Below, piece by piece: positions 24,912 to 32,000 of a stretch of 32,000 nucleotides of DNA. Numbering within the stretch: the stretch's first letter is position 1; each line of letters opens with the position of its first letter. The stretch comes from Candidatus Methanoperedens sp. (GTDB lineage: Archaea; Halobacteriota; Methanosarcinia; Methanosarcinales; Methanoperedenaceae), in contig JAPZAR010000015.1 of NCBI GenBank assembly GCA_027460535.1, forward strand, positions 30,001 to 62,000, written 5' to 3'. The notes under the pieces were generated by a model. That model did no database searches, was not told the DNA's origin, and saw only the letters and a program-made list of their open reading frames with translations. Both the position numbers and the translations under genes were made by a program.

Positions 24912-25220
24912 ATGAAACCTATTGTTACTGCCGAGCTTGAAATTGTGGCTCTCGGAACGGGAAGCACCAGCATGAGCGCACATATTTCAGATGCCGTTCG
25001 GGCTATCGAAAGATCGGGTGTCAAATACCAGTTGACTCCGATGGGGACTGTGCTTGAGGCATCGTCGCTGGAGGATATATTCCGTGCAATACGCTCGGCC
25101 CATGAAGCGCTGGTCAAAAAAGGTGTGAACAGGGTGGTCACACATATCACGATAGACGATAGAAGGGACAGGCCAAAGGGGATGGAAGAAAAAGTGGAAG
25201 CCGTCAGGAGCAAGCTCTAA
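24912..25220 (+). CDS. MTH1187/YkoF-family (UPF0045) thiamine-binding-like protein
   Basis: I chose ATG 24912 because AGGAGG lies 7 nt upstream. The 102-aa protein reads MKPIVTAELEIVALGTGSTSMSAHISDAV...YQLTPMGTVLE...HITIDDRRD, which is typical of the family. Confidence 0.75.
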   Translation: MKPIVTAELEIVALGTGSTSMSAHISDAVRAIERSGVKYQLTPMGTVLEASSLEDIFRAIRSAHEALVKKGVNRVVTHITIDDRRDRPKGMEEKVEAVRSKL

Positions 25221-26002
25221 ACCCATTTCTCGAGGCTTTCCTTTTCTTCAAAGCTTATGCTCAATCCATCATGTGCAGCGATAACTTTCACTCCCGTTCT
25301 TTCTGATATGGCCTTCGCCTGGAACTCTGGAGATGCTTTCAGGACCTGCAAGCCAAAATGGGTCAGTATCGCCATCTTCGGCCTTATTTCCCCTATCAAT
25401 ATTGCCGCTTCCTCCATGTTCAGGTGCCGTATCCTCTTATCAGTCACCATCCTCACCACATTGATGATAAGAAAATCAACCCCCTTGTAAGCCCCGGGCA
25501 GCTCGGGAAAATATTCGGTATCCGGGATGTACCCCAGCCTTTTTGAGCCGAACTCGTAGATAGTTCCATACGTTTCAACAGGATGCATGTTCCTGATGGG
25601 AAAATGAAGCTGGATATTGCGCAGTTTAAATCCCATGCCTTCTTTTATTTCAGTTATCTCAGTGAAAGGTCTCACGTATTGAAGCACAACTGGATCATCG
25701 TGCAGGCAATCCCCGGGAACGATCAGGCGACCGCGGGGCTGAAATCCGCCCCCGGTCATGGCTTCCACTATGACATTGATATCATTTGAATGGTCTATAT
25801 GCCTGTGGGATAATATTATAGCATCAAGATTTCTAGGCACAAGCCTCTGCCTGTGAACCATTACGAGGCAGCCCGGTCCCGGATCCTGCAGTATGTTCAC
25901 CCCGTCCAACTTAAGCCAGAAACCTCCACTCCTGCGCAACTGGTTAAGGACGACCATCCTCCCGCCTCCAGTTCCGAGAAAAGTGACACTCGACATCAAC
26001 AT
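25217..26002 (-). CDS. Metallo-beta-lactamase fold hydrolase
   Basis: FLGTGGG at the N-terminus and the HRHIDHSND (HxHxDH) motif are present, with downstream His/Asp ligands. Confidence 0.8.
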   Translation of the reverse strand: MLMSSVTFLGTGGGRMVVLNQLRRSGGFWLKLDGVNILQDPGPGCLVMVHRQRLVPRNLDAIILSHRHIDHSNDINVIVEAMTGGGFQPRGRLIVPGDCLHDDPVVLQYVRPFTEITEIKEGMGFKLRNIQLHFPIRNMHPVETYGTIYEFGSKRLGYIPDTEYFPELPGAYKGVDFLIINVVRMVTDKRIRHLNMEEAAILIGEIRPKMAILTHFGLQVLKASPEFQAKAISERTGVKVIAAHDGLSISFEEKESLEKWV

Positions 26003-26108
26003 ATAAACATGTGCAACTCATACAAAAAATCTTCTTAACCAAATAATCTATTTATGCGAGTAAATCCCTTTTATCATTGGGAGATATGAAAACAATGGAG
26101 GAGGAAAT

Positions 26109-26618
26109 ATGTTATTCGCGTTCGGGGATAAAAAACCGAGAATTGCAGAAAATGCTTTCATAGCCCAAACCGCATGCATAATCGGAGATGTAACGATCGG
26201 AGAAAAAACGAGCGTCTGGTTCAATACGGTCATCAGGGGCGACAGGGGAAAGATCAGCATAGGTAAGGGCTGCAATATCCAGGATAACTCCGTGATTCAT
26301 TCGGACGAATCGAACGTAGAGATTGGCGACGGTGTCACAGTCGGGCATGGATGCATCCTTCACGGAGGCACGGTGAAGAGCAATGCGCTCATCGGCATGA
26401 ATGCCACGGTACTGCATGAGGCCTGGATCGGGGAATATGCAATAATAGGGGCTGGTGCGCTGGTGCCGCCAAAGCACAAAGTCCCTGATAACACCGTAGT
26501 CTTCGGGGTACCATGCAAACAGGTTCGTAAAACAACTGAGGAAGATCTTCGTCTCATAAAAAATACATTAAGAAATTATGCAGAATTGACCGATCAATAC
26601 CTGGAAATGACAAGGTGA
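26109..26618 (+). CDS. Gamma-class carbonic anhydrase / hexapeptide-repeat (LbH) family protein
   Basis: The protein reads FIAQTACIIGDVTIGEKTSVWFNTVIRGD...IGKGCNIQDNSVIH...VGHGCILHG, with the left-handed beta-helix periodicity of Cam/YrdA/PaaY-like proteins. Confidence 0.85.
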   Translation: MLFAFGDKKPRIAENAFIAQTACIIGDVTIGEKTSVWFNTVIRGDRGKISIGKGCNIQDNSVIHSDESNVEIGDGVTVGHGCILHGGTVKSNALIGMNATVLHEAWIGEYAIIGAGALVPPKHKVPDNTVVFGVPCKQVRKTTEEDLRLIKNTLRNYAELTDQYLEMTR

Positions 26619-26620
26619 CC

Positions 26621-27820
26621 ATGCGAAATATTGAAATTGAAGAACTGGAAGCCACGCCAATAACTGAGCGCAGGGTCGAAGTCGTAGAGAGAAAAGGCCT
26701 CGGGCATCCGGATTATATATGTGATTCCATTATGAACCAGGTCTCGGTCGAACTCTGCAAAGAGTATATGGAACGCTTTGGCGCCATAATGCACCACAAT
26801 ATCGATAAAGGGATGCTGGTGGCCGGAGAAGTGAAAACAAAATTCGGAGGAGGTGTGATCCTTAAGCCTATGCGACTTATTTTTGGGGACAGGGCCACTT
26901 TTGAAGTGGAAGGAGAGGTCATCGATGTCAATAGTATTGCGATAGATACGGCCAAGCATTGGCTAAAGGATAATCTCAGGTTCGTCAATTCAGATTCCCT
27001 GGAGTACCAGGTCGAAATTGCAAGCGGTTCGGCGGAACTCACTGACATCTTCAAAAGAAAAGAAACCGTGCTCGGGGCAAATGATACCTCGGCTGCCGTG
27101 GGATACGCCCCCATGACTCCGAGTGAAATTGTGGTGCTTGAGACCGAGCGCTTCCTGAACTCTCCTGCTTTCAAGAAAAGATTTCCCGAATCCGGGGAGG
27201 ATATCAAAGTCATGGGTCTGCGCAATGCCGACAGGCTTGGCTTAATAGTCGCAGATCCGCTCGTGGATATGTTCATCGGATCAGAACATGAGTATTTCAG
27301 AAAGAAGGACGAGCTTCTTGAAGAAATAAATACTTTCGCGTCAGAAAGAACAGAACTTGGGACTTCGGTTTCATTGAACGCGCTTGACAGGGAAGGGCGC
27401 GGCATGGGAGGCATATACATGACAGTCACGGGCACATCGGCAGAGGATGCAGATTCCGGCCAGGTGGGCCGGGGGAACAGGGTAAATGGCATCATTCCTC
27501 TCAACCGTCCGGTCAGCAGTGAGGCAGCTGCGGGTAAAAACCCGGTAAGCCATGTTGGGAAGATTTACAATGTGCTCAGCCACAGGATTGCCAGTGAGAT
27601 TTATACAAATGTGCCCGATATCAAGGAAGTATATGTGTGGCTTTTAAGCCAGATAGGCGAGCCAATAGACCAGCCCAGGATTGCGGCGGCGCAGGTTATC
27701 ATGGAAAGGGGAACAATTGAGAGTGTTGAAAAAGAGATAAATGAGATCATGGACAGGGAGCTTGCGAATATACAGGAGTTCTGTTTGGAGCTTGCATACG
27801 GCAGAATCCCAGTTTGCTGA
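26621..27820 (+). CDS. Archaeal-type S-adenosylmethionine synthetase
   Basis: MRNIEIEELE...VEVVERKGLGHPDYICDSI is the characteristic N-terminus of the archaeal MAT family. The protein is about 399 aa. ATG 26621 is preceded by AAGGTGA, which overlaps the upstream stop. Confidence 0.95.
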   Translation: MRNIEIEELEATPITERRVEVVERKGLGHPDYICDSIMNQVSVELCKEYMERFGAIMHHNIDKGMLVAGEVKTKFGGGVILKPMRLIFGDRATFEVEGEVIDVNSIAIDTAKHWLKDNLRFVNSDSLEYQVEIASGSAELTDIFKRKETVLGANDTSAAVGYAPMTPSEIVVLETERFLNSPAFKKRFPESGEDIKVMGLRNADRLGLIVADPLVDMFIGSEHEYFRKKDELLEEINTFASERTELGTSVSLNALDREGRGMGGIYMTVTGTSAEDADSGQVGRGNRVNGIIPLNRPVSSEAAAGKNPVSHVGKIYNVLSHRIASEIYTNVPDIKEVYVWLLSQIGEPIDQPRIAAAQVIMERGTIESVEKEINEIMDRELANIQEFCLELAYGRIPVC

Positions 27821-28135
27821 TCAACGATCTGCCAGCTGTTTTGCTTTTTCAGGCAACCTTTTACCTATTACCTCGAGAATTGCATCAAAATCCCCTTCAG
27901 CCAGTGAACGTACATCCTCGTCGCCTTTCAATACCAGGTCTACGATGTAACTTAGCTCGTCATCGCTCAGTCTGCCAACCCTGGCAGCGAAGTCCTCAGG
28001 GGATTCCGAGAACCTGTGCGATACGGGAAGCAGGATAAATTTATAATCATGACCTGGCGCTGGGCCTGTCGCCCCTTCGAGTTCAGGGGCAAGTTTGGCG
28101 AGAATTTTCTTGTCAATATCGCTCAGTGTTCTCAT
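27821..28135 (-). CDS. Hypothetical acidic protein (about 104 aa) downstream of the radical SAM gene
   Basis: This is track ORF 27821..28183. I prefer ATG 28135 (MRTLSDIDKK...) because the minus strand reads TTTTTATA about 23-31 nt upstream (28158-28166), consistent with a leaderless transcript. I recognise no family. Confidence 0.4.
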   Translation of the reverse strand: MRTLSDIDKKILAKLAPELEGATGPAPGHDYKFILLPVSHRFSESPEDFAARVGRLSDDELSYIVDLVLKGDEDVRSLAEGDFDAILEVIGKRLPEKAKQLADR

Positions 28136-28184
28136 GATTTGCAATCTCTTCATGTAAGTATAAAAATCTATATGCCTGCGCAAC

Positions 28185-28982
28185 TCATTCGATCAATCTG
28201 TTTATCCTGCATCGCAGCATCTTTTCATCGAACTTCCGCATGATCGTCTCAAAAACATCCTCATAATAATTCTCGCCCTCAAAAAATATCCTTTCATAGT
28301 CTTCGAGCAATTCGGGTTGGAAATCCTGAATGAACTCTCTGACCCTTTCCCATACCCCATCCTTCATCCTCAGCCGGTCCACGAGCACATATCCTGGTTT
28401 CACGACTGAAATCGCGTCGACCAGTGCCTCAACATCGGTAATATACGGCATCACTGGCCCAAGGAAAACCCATGTGTTGATGCCATTTTCCGATAGCTCC
28501 TTGAGTGAGTGCAGCCTTTCCTCTACGCTTGATGCACCAGGTTCAAGTTTTTTCCTTACCTTATCATCAAGGGCAGTAAGGGTCACACCGACCTCGATAT
28601 TTGAGAATTGCCTGAGTAAATCCATATCCCTGAGAACAAGCGAAGATTTTGTCTGGACGCATACGGGAAAGTCATGCATCAGCAGGAATTCAAGACACCT
28701 GCGCGTTATCTCGTAATCCTTCTCCGCCGGTTGATAGGGGTCAGTCACAGTCCCCAGGCCCACAACTCCTTTTTTCTTTGAATGCAATTCCTTGGACAGG
28801 ATACGCGGCAGGTTTATTTTTACTTCCACAACATCGCCCCACTTGCCTTGCCATCGAATAACCGAAGGGGCGTAACAATATACACAGGAATGCGCGCAGC
28901 CCCTGTAAGGATTCAGGGCATAATCAAGGCCCGGGAGCCGCGATGGTGAAAGCGCGGTTTTTACTTTTATTTCTCTGATCAT
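28185..28982 (-). CDS. Radical SAM protein, SPL / 'DNA repair photolyase' (COG1533)-like
   Basis: LNPYRGCAHSCVYCYAP carries the CxxxCxxC 4Fe-4S/SAM motif close to the N-terminus. The size and downstream pattern resemble the SplB-like family. Confidence 0.8.
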   Translation of the reverse strand: MIREIKVKTALSPSRLPGLDYALNPYRGCAHSCVYCYAPSVIRWQGKWGDVVEVKINLPRILSKELHSKKKGVVGLGTVTDPYQPAEKDYEITRRCLEFLLMHDFPVCVQTKSSLVLRDMDLLRQFSNIEVGVTLTALDDKVRKKLEPGASSVEERLHSLKELSENGINTWVFLGPVMPYITDVEALVDAISVVKPGYVLVDRLRMKDGVWERVREFIQDFQPELLEDYERIFFEGENYYEDVFETIMRKFDEKMLRCRINRLIE

Positions 28983-29050
28983 TTCATTTGCGGTTATTTT
29001 CTGCTGACTTACATTGTTATTTTGATTATAGGCAAATTTTTAATAACCAT

Positions 29051-29527
29051 TTATCTATTACAGAATTTTCTTAATGCTTTCAGAATCCCCTCATCTCTGG
29101 CTTTCTTTTCTAAATATCCAAGATGGAGTCGGTTCCGATAATATTTTATCATAAACTTTGCCTGATCACAGTCCGTTTGAGATTTCCAATGAACACACGC
29201 ATTGATACGGTCAATAATTAAATCCTCGATCCCAATTACATAGACTTTCAAGTCCCCTATTTTTATTACCGTCACCTTATCTTTATCTCCGGCCAGACGA
29301 CTGCCTGGAATCTCTACAGAAAGTCCTGTTTGTTCGCTAATCCAGTGTCTTCCACTCGGTTTAAAGCCAAAAGTATTTTCCAATATTTCCCCTATTTTTT
29401 TCCTGTCACTTACCAGGTCTATATCATGACTTGGATAAATTCCTTCCGTATAGAAATCAACAGCCGAACCTCCCACTACGACAGGTTTTATCTTTATTTT
29501 TTCAGCTTCGCGTGTCAACAATCCCAT
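29051..29527 (-). CDS. Small nucleotidyltransferase-fold (Pol-beta superfamily) protein, candidate toxin or effector
   Basis: KPVVVGGSAVDFYTEGIYPSHDIDLV matches the GS-x(n)-DxD minimal NTase signature. A C-terminal helical region of about 55 aa follows. It lies 59 nt downstream of an AbrB/MazE-type gene. Confidence 0.5.
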   Translation of the reverse strand: MGLLTREAEKIKIKPVVVGGSAVDFYTEGIYPSHDIDLVSDRKKIGEILENTFGFKPSGRHWISEQTGLSVEIPGSRLAGDKDKVTVIKIGDLKVYVIGIEDLIIDRINACVHWKSQTDCDQAKFMIKYYRNRLHLGYLEKKARDEGILKALRKFCNR

Positions 29528-29586
29528 AAAATATATTTTTCTGTCAACTAAATTCTCTATGGATGCTATTTTTTGTAATTCTTTAA

Positions 29587-29862
29587 TTATAATCTTCTCT
29601 CCATTTCCCTATCTCCGGTCCATCTGGTCTTCCCAATATTGAGATTGCTTTCTATCTTTGATTTCATTAGCTCGTATAATCCATTGGTTTCATCTTCATT
29701 CCTCGGTTTACGTCTGACCGTTTTGCCAGTTATCGGAGTTATGAGTATACCATCTTCAGTTGGAGTTATGTTCACTGCCATAGGAGAACCTATTTCTTGC
29801 AGGATATATTGCGGGATTATGATTCCCTGACTGTTCCCTATTTTTCTGATATTTCTTATCAT
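29587..29862 (-). CDS. SpoVT/AbrB (MazE-like) DNA-binding protein, candidate antitoxin
   Basis: The N-terminus MIRNIRKIGNSQGIIIPQYILQEIG...DGILITP is the classic swapped-hairpin AbrB/MazE motif. The charged C-terminal tail appears disordered. Confidence 0.7.
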   Translation of the reverse strand: MIRNIRKIGNSQGIIIPQYILQEIGSPMAVNITPTEDGILITPITGKTVRRKPRNEDETNGLYELMKSKIESNLNIGKTRWTGDREMERRL

Positions 29863-29883
29863 GTTATAACATTGTTATAACAT
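29862..29883. promoter_or_regulatory. Two exact tandem 11-nt repeats with palindromic cores, a candidate operator of the AbrB/NTase cassette
   Basis: TGTTATAACAT occurs at 29862-29872 and again at 29873-29883. Each contains the perfect palindrome GTTATAAC. The repeats directly abut the AbrB start codon (29860-29862). Confidence 0.45.
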
Positions 29884-30051
29884 TAATAGTACATAAGTCT
29901 TTTTCCTGTGTTTATAAAAACATTTCGAAAATATCTAATAAATTACAACCAATAAACTGCAACAACGTCTTAAACTACAACCATCGTCTTTGCAATAATA
30001 GAAAAAGGATATATGCGAACAGGTACCATCCATACAACAGGGGTTATCCAG

Positions 30052-31488
30052 ATGAAAAAGTATGACCTGATCGTGATCGGAACGGGCTCGGGAATGAATT
30101 ACGCCGATGCAATAATGGACAGGAATCCGGATTATAAGGTAGCTGTGATCGATAAGGACGAACCTGGCGGTATATGCCTCACGCGGGGATGCATACCTTC
30201 AAAACTCCTGATATATCCCGCGGAACTTCTCAGGACGATCGGGACCGCAGGGAGATTTGGCATAGACGTGGAAATAAAAAGTATTGATTTTGCTTTTGTG
30301 ATGGAAAGGATGAGAACCTTAATTTCTAAAGATATAGATTTGATACGAAGGGGGCTTTCAAAAAACCCCGGCATAGATTATTATCACGATATTGCGGCAT
30401 TTGAATCCCCTTATACACTGAAGGTAGGGAATGACATCATTACCTCAAAAATGATATTCCTCTGCACAGGCTCAAGACCAATAATCCCGCCTGTGAAGGG
30501 ATTGGTGGAATCGGGATATCTCACGAGCGACACGGTGCTGAAAATGGAAGAACTTCCGGCTAGTATCGCCATCATAGGCGGGGGATACATTGCAGCGGAG
30601 TACGGGCATTTCTTTTCCGCCATGGGTTCCAGGGTAACTGTTATTGGGAGAAACCCAAGGTTCCTTCCTGATGAAGAACCGGAGATCTCAGCGCTTGCTA
30701 AAAGAGAGATGTCCGGATACATGGATATCCTCACCGGTTATGAAGTCCTTGAAGTGATAAGAGAGAGTGATGGGAAAAGAAAGATCATCGGGCACGACAA
30801 GAAAAGCGGAAAAAAGGTTTCCGTGACTGCTGATGAGATCCTCGTAGCCTCGGGACGCGGGCCGAACACCGATTATCTTAAACCTGAAAAAGGAGGGATA
30901 AAAACAGATGACAATGGATGGATCGACGTGAATGAATACATGGAAACATCGCAGCCCAATATCTGGGCTTTCGGGGATGCAAATGGAAGGCATCTCTTTA
31001 AACATGTAGCGAACTACGAATCTACCGTTGTTTATCAGAACGCCATTTTGAAAGAAAATATCAAGATCGACTATCGCGCGGTGCCCCATGCCGTTTTCTC
31101 CTATCCTGAAATAGCTGGGGTAGGAATGAAGGAAAAGGAAGCTGTCGAAAAGTATGGAGAGGAGAACGTGTTGATAGGTTTCCAGTTGTATGAGGATATT
31201 GCAAAGGGGGAAGCAATGGATGTCATGGATTATTTCGTAAAAGTGATCGTTGAAAAAGATTCAAGCAGTATTCTGGGAGCGCATATAATCGGGCCTTATG
31301 CCTCTATCCTCATCCATGAAATAATACCTCTTATGTATACTCCCGGGCAAAGCGCTACCCCGATCATTTATGGAATGCACATCCATCCTGCATTAAGCGA
31401 GGTTGTGGAGAGGGCGTTCCAGTCGCTTATGGAGCCCGCGGATTATCGTCATGTCCTCGATCATTTGCATCTTGAACCTATGTCCTGA
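30052..31488 (+). CDS. Class I pyridine nucleotide-disulfide oxidoreductase (dihydrolipoamide dehydrogenase / mycothione reductase-like)
   Basis: The start is at MKKYDLIVIGTGSG (FAD GxGxxG). The redox-active disulfide is GGICLTRGCIPSK. The second Rossmann motif is IIGGGYIAAE. The C-terminal HIHPALSEVVE carries the His-Glu dyad of the dimerisation domain. Confidence 0.85.
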   Translation: MKKYDLIVIGTGSGMNYADAIMDRNPDYKVAVIDKDEPGGICLTRGCIPSKLLIYPAELLRTIGTAGRFGIDVEIKSIDFAFVMERMRTLISKDIDLIRRGLSKNPGIDYYHDIAAFESPYTLKVGNDIITSKMIFLCTGSRPIIPPVKGLVESGYLTSDTVLKMEELPASIAIIGGGYIAAEYGHFFSAMGSRVTVIGRNPRFLPDEEPEISALAKREMSGYMDILTGYEVLEVIRESDGKRKIIGHDKKSGKKVSVTADEILVASGRGPNTDYLKPEKGGIKTDDNGWIDVNEYMETSQPNIWAFGDANGRHLFKHVANYESTVVYQNAILKENIKIDYRAVPHAVFSYPEIAGVGMKEKEAVEKYGEENVLIGFQLYEDIAKGEAMDVMDYFVKVIVEKDSSSILGAHIIGPYASILIHEIIPLMYTPGQSATPIIYGMHIHPALSEVVERAFQSLMEPADYRHVLDHLHLEPMS

Positions 31489-32000
31489 AGAAATCTTCCA
31501 GCCCTCTCTGGAATAAAGTGTCCTTCAGTACAGTGCTCTCTTTGATCCACCGCTCTTTTGGAATAACAAGTCTGGTATTAATGTATTCAAATGCCTCATT
31601 CAGGGTTGAGAACTTCCTGGGTTCTGCCTTCAGCGCTGCCCTGACATTCTCCCGGACATTCCACACGCCTACAGGCATTATATATCCGGGATGGGCTTCC
31701 CTCAATATCACCACACGTGCCTGCCTTTTCTCTTTTACAAGATACTCGTTAACAGCAAGACGCGCCGCATAATAACACCCTCCGATCTCAGCATAGCTCG
31801 TCCTTCCTTCATAACCCTCGGATGATGACATTATCGCCACTTCCTTCCCGAAGGGGTTCCAGACCGTATTCGGATACCATGCCTCGATAAGCTCATAGCT
31901 CCATGCCCTCGGCATCATCAGGACAACGAACCTGTTATCAAGCTGCCAGGATTCAAAAACAAGGTGCTCATTGATGAGTGGGAAATCTTTCATCTTTTCC
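31478..32000 (-). CDS. C-terminal part of an Nre-family (COG1602, archaeal DNA-repair-associated) protein; the 5' end lies outside the window
   Basis: EIGGCYYAARLAVNEYL and VILREAHPGYIMPVGVWNVRENVR resemble the Nre C-terminal domain. The frame stays open to the window edge, so the gene is probably truncated here. Confidence 0.55.
   Translation of the reverse strand, partial: EKMKDFPLINEHLVFESWQLDNRFVVLMMPRAWSYELIEAWYPNTVWNPFGKEVAIMSSSEGYEGRTSYAEIGGCYYAARLAVNEYLVKEKRQARVVILREAHPGYIMPVGVWNVRENVRAALKAEPRKFSTLNEAFEYINTRLVIPKERWIKESTVLKDTLFQRGLEDFFRT

Noticed and set aside
29051-29230. An R-x5-H (DRINACVH) motif in the C-terminal tail of the NTase-fold protein, which could hint at a fused HEPN RNase.
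   Set aside because: Only about 55 residues follow the NTase core, which is too short for a four-helix HEPN domain. R-x(4-6)-H is a weak pattern that often occurs by chance.
1-32000. Signs of mobile elements, CRISPR arrays, tRNA/rRNA genes, or a giant extrachromosomal element.
   Set aside because: I found no transposase, integrase or Cas-like ORFs, no spaced direct-repeat arrays, and no tRNA T-loop/acceptor patterns in the intergenic gaps. Gene orientation is mixed and the content is dominated by housekeeping genes. The only repeats are the short ones listed above.

Overview
The window looks like core chromosome of a methanogen- or ANME-type euryarchaeon, possibly Methanosarcinales-like. The lineage call is an inference from gene content only. 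Supporting markers are F420-dependent methylene-H4MPT dehydrogenase (Mtd), a thermosome, FtsZ, two-domain EndA, GGGP synthase, archaeal-type SAM synthetase, aSUI1, ribosomal protein L40e, ThiC, and two PGF-CTERM surface proteins. Coding density is high. I call about 36 protein-coding features, including one 5'-truncated gene at the window edge, plus one nonsense-interrupted gene. One of these is a 51-codon L40e gene that the supplied ORF track misses. I found no rRNA, tRNA, CRISPR array, transposase or integrase. Several track ORFs begin too far upstream; I trimmed their starts using Shine-Dalgarno-like or TATA context. The items most worth a second look are: (1) an AT-rich two-gene cassette pairing a MazE/AbrB-type DNA binder with a small nucleotidyltransferase-fold protein, with two exact tandem palindromic 11-mers abutting its start codon (29051-29884); (2) a GC-rich island of about 170 nt made of four consecutive hairpins, with a repeated GTCACG motif, a flanking oligo-U and flanking 7-nt direct repeats (20632-20806); (3) a translationally coupled wHTH / HTH-REC / dCache kinase / binding-protein operon in which the SsuA/NMT1-like binding protein appears circularly permuted (6776-10457); (4) a PGF-CTERM-anchored EB_dh/DOMON-like protein with a CX3CH motif (18623-19762); (5) a 490-bp gene-free, hairpin-rich gap between convergent genes (4910-5400); (6) a DUF429-like gene broken by an in-frame TAA (17938-18600). 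All functional calls come from motif recognition by eye. None has been checked against a database.
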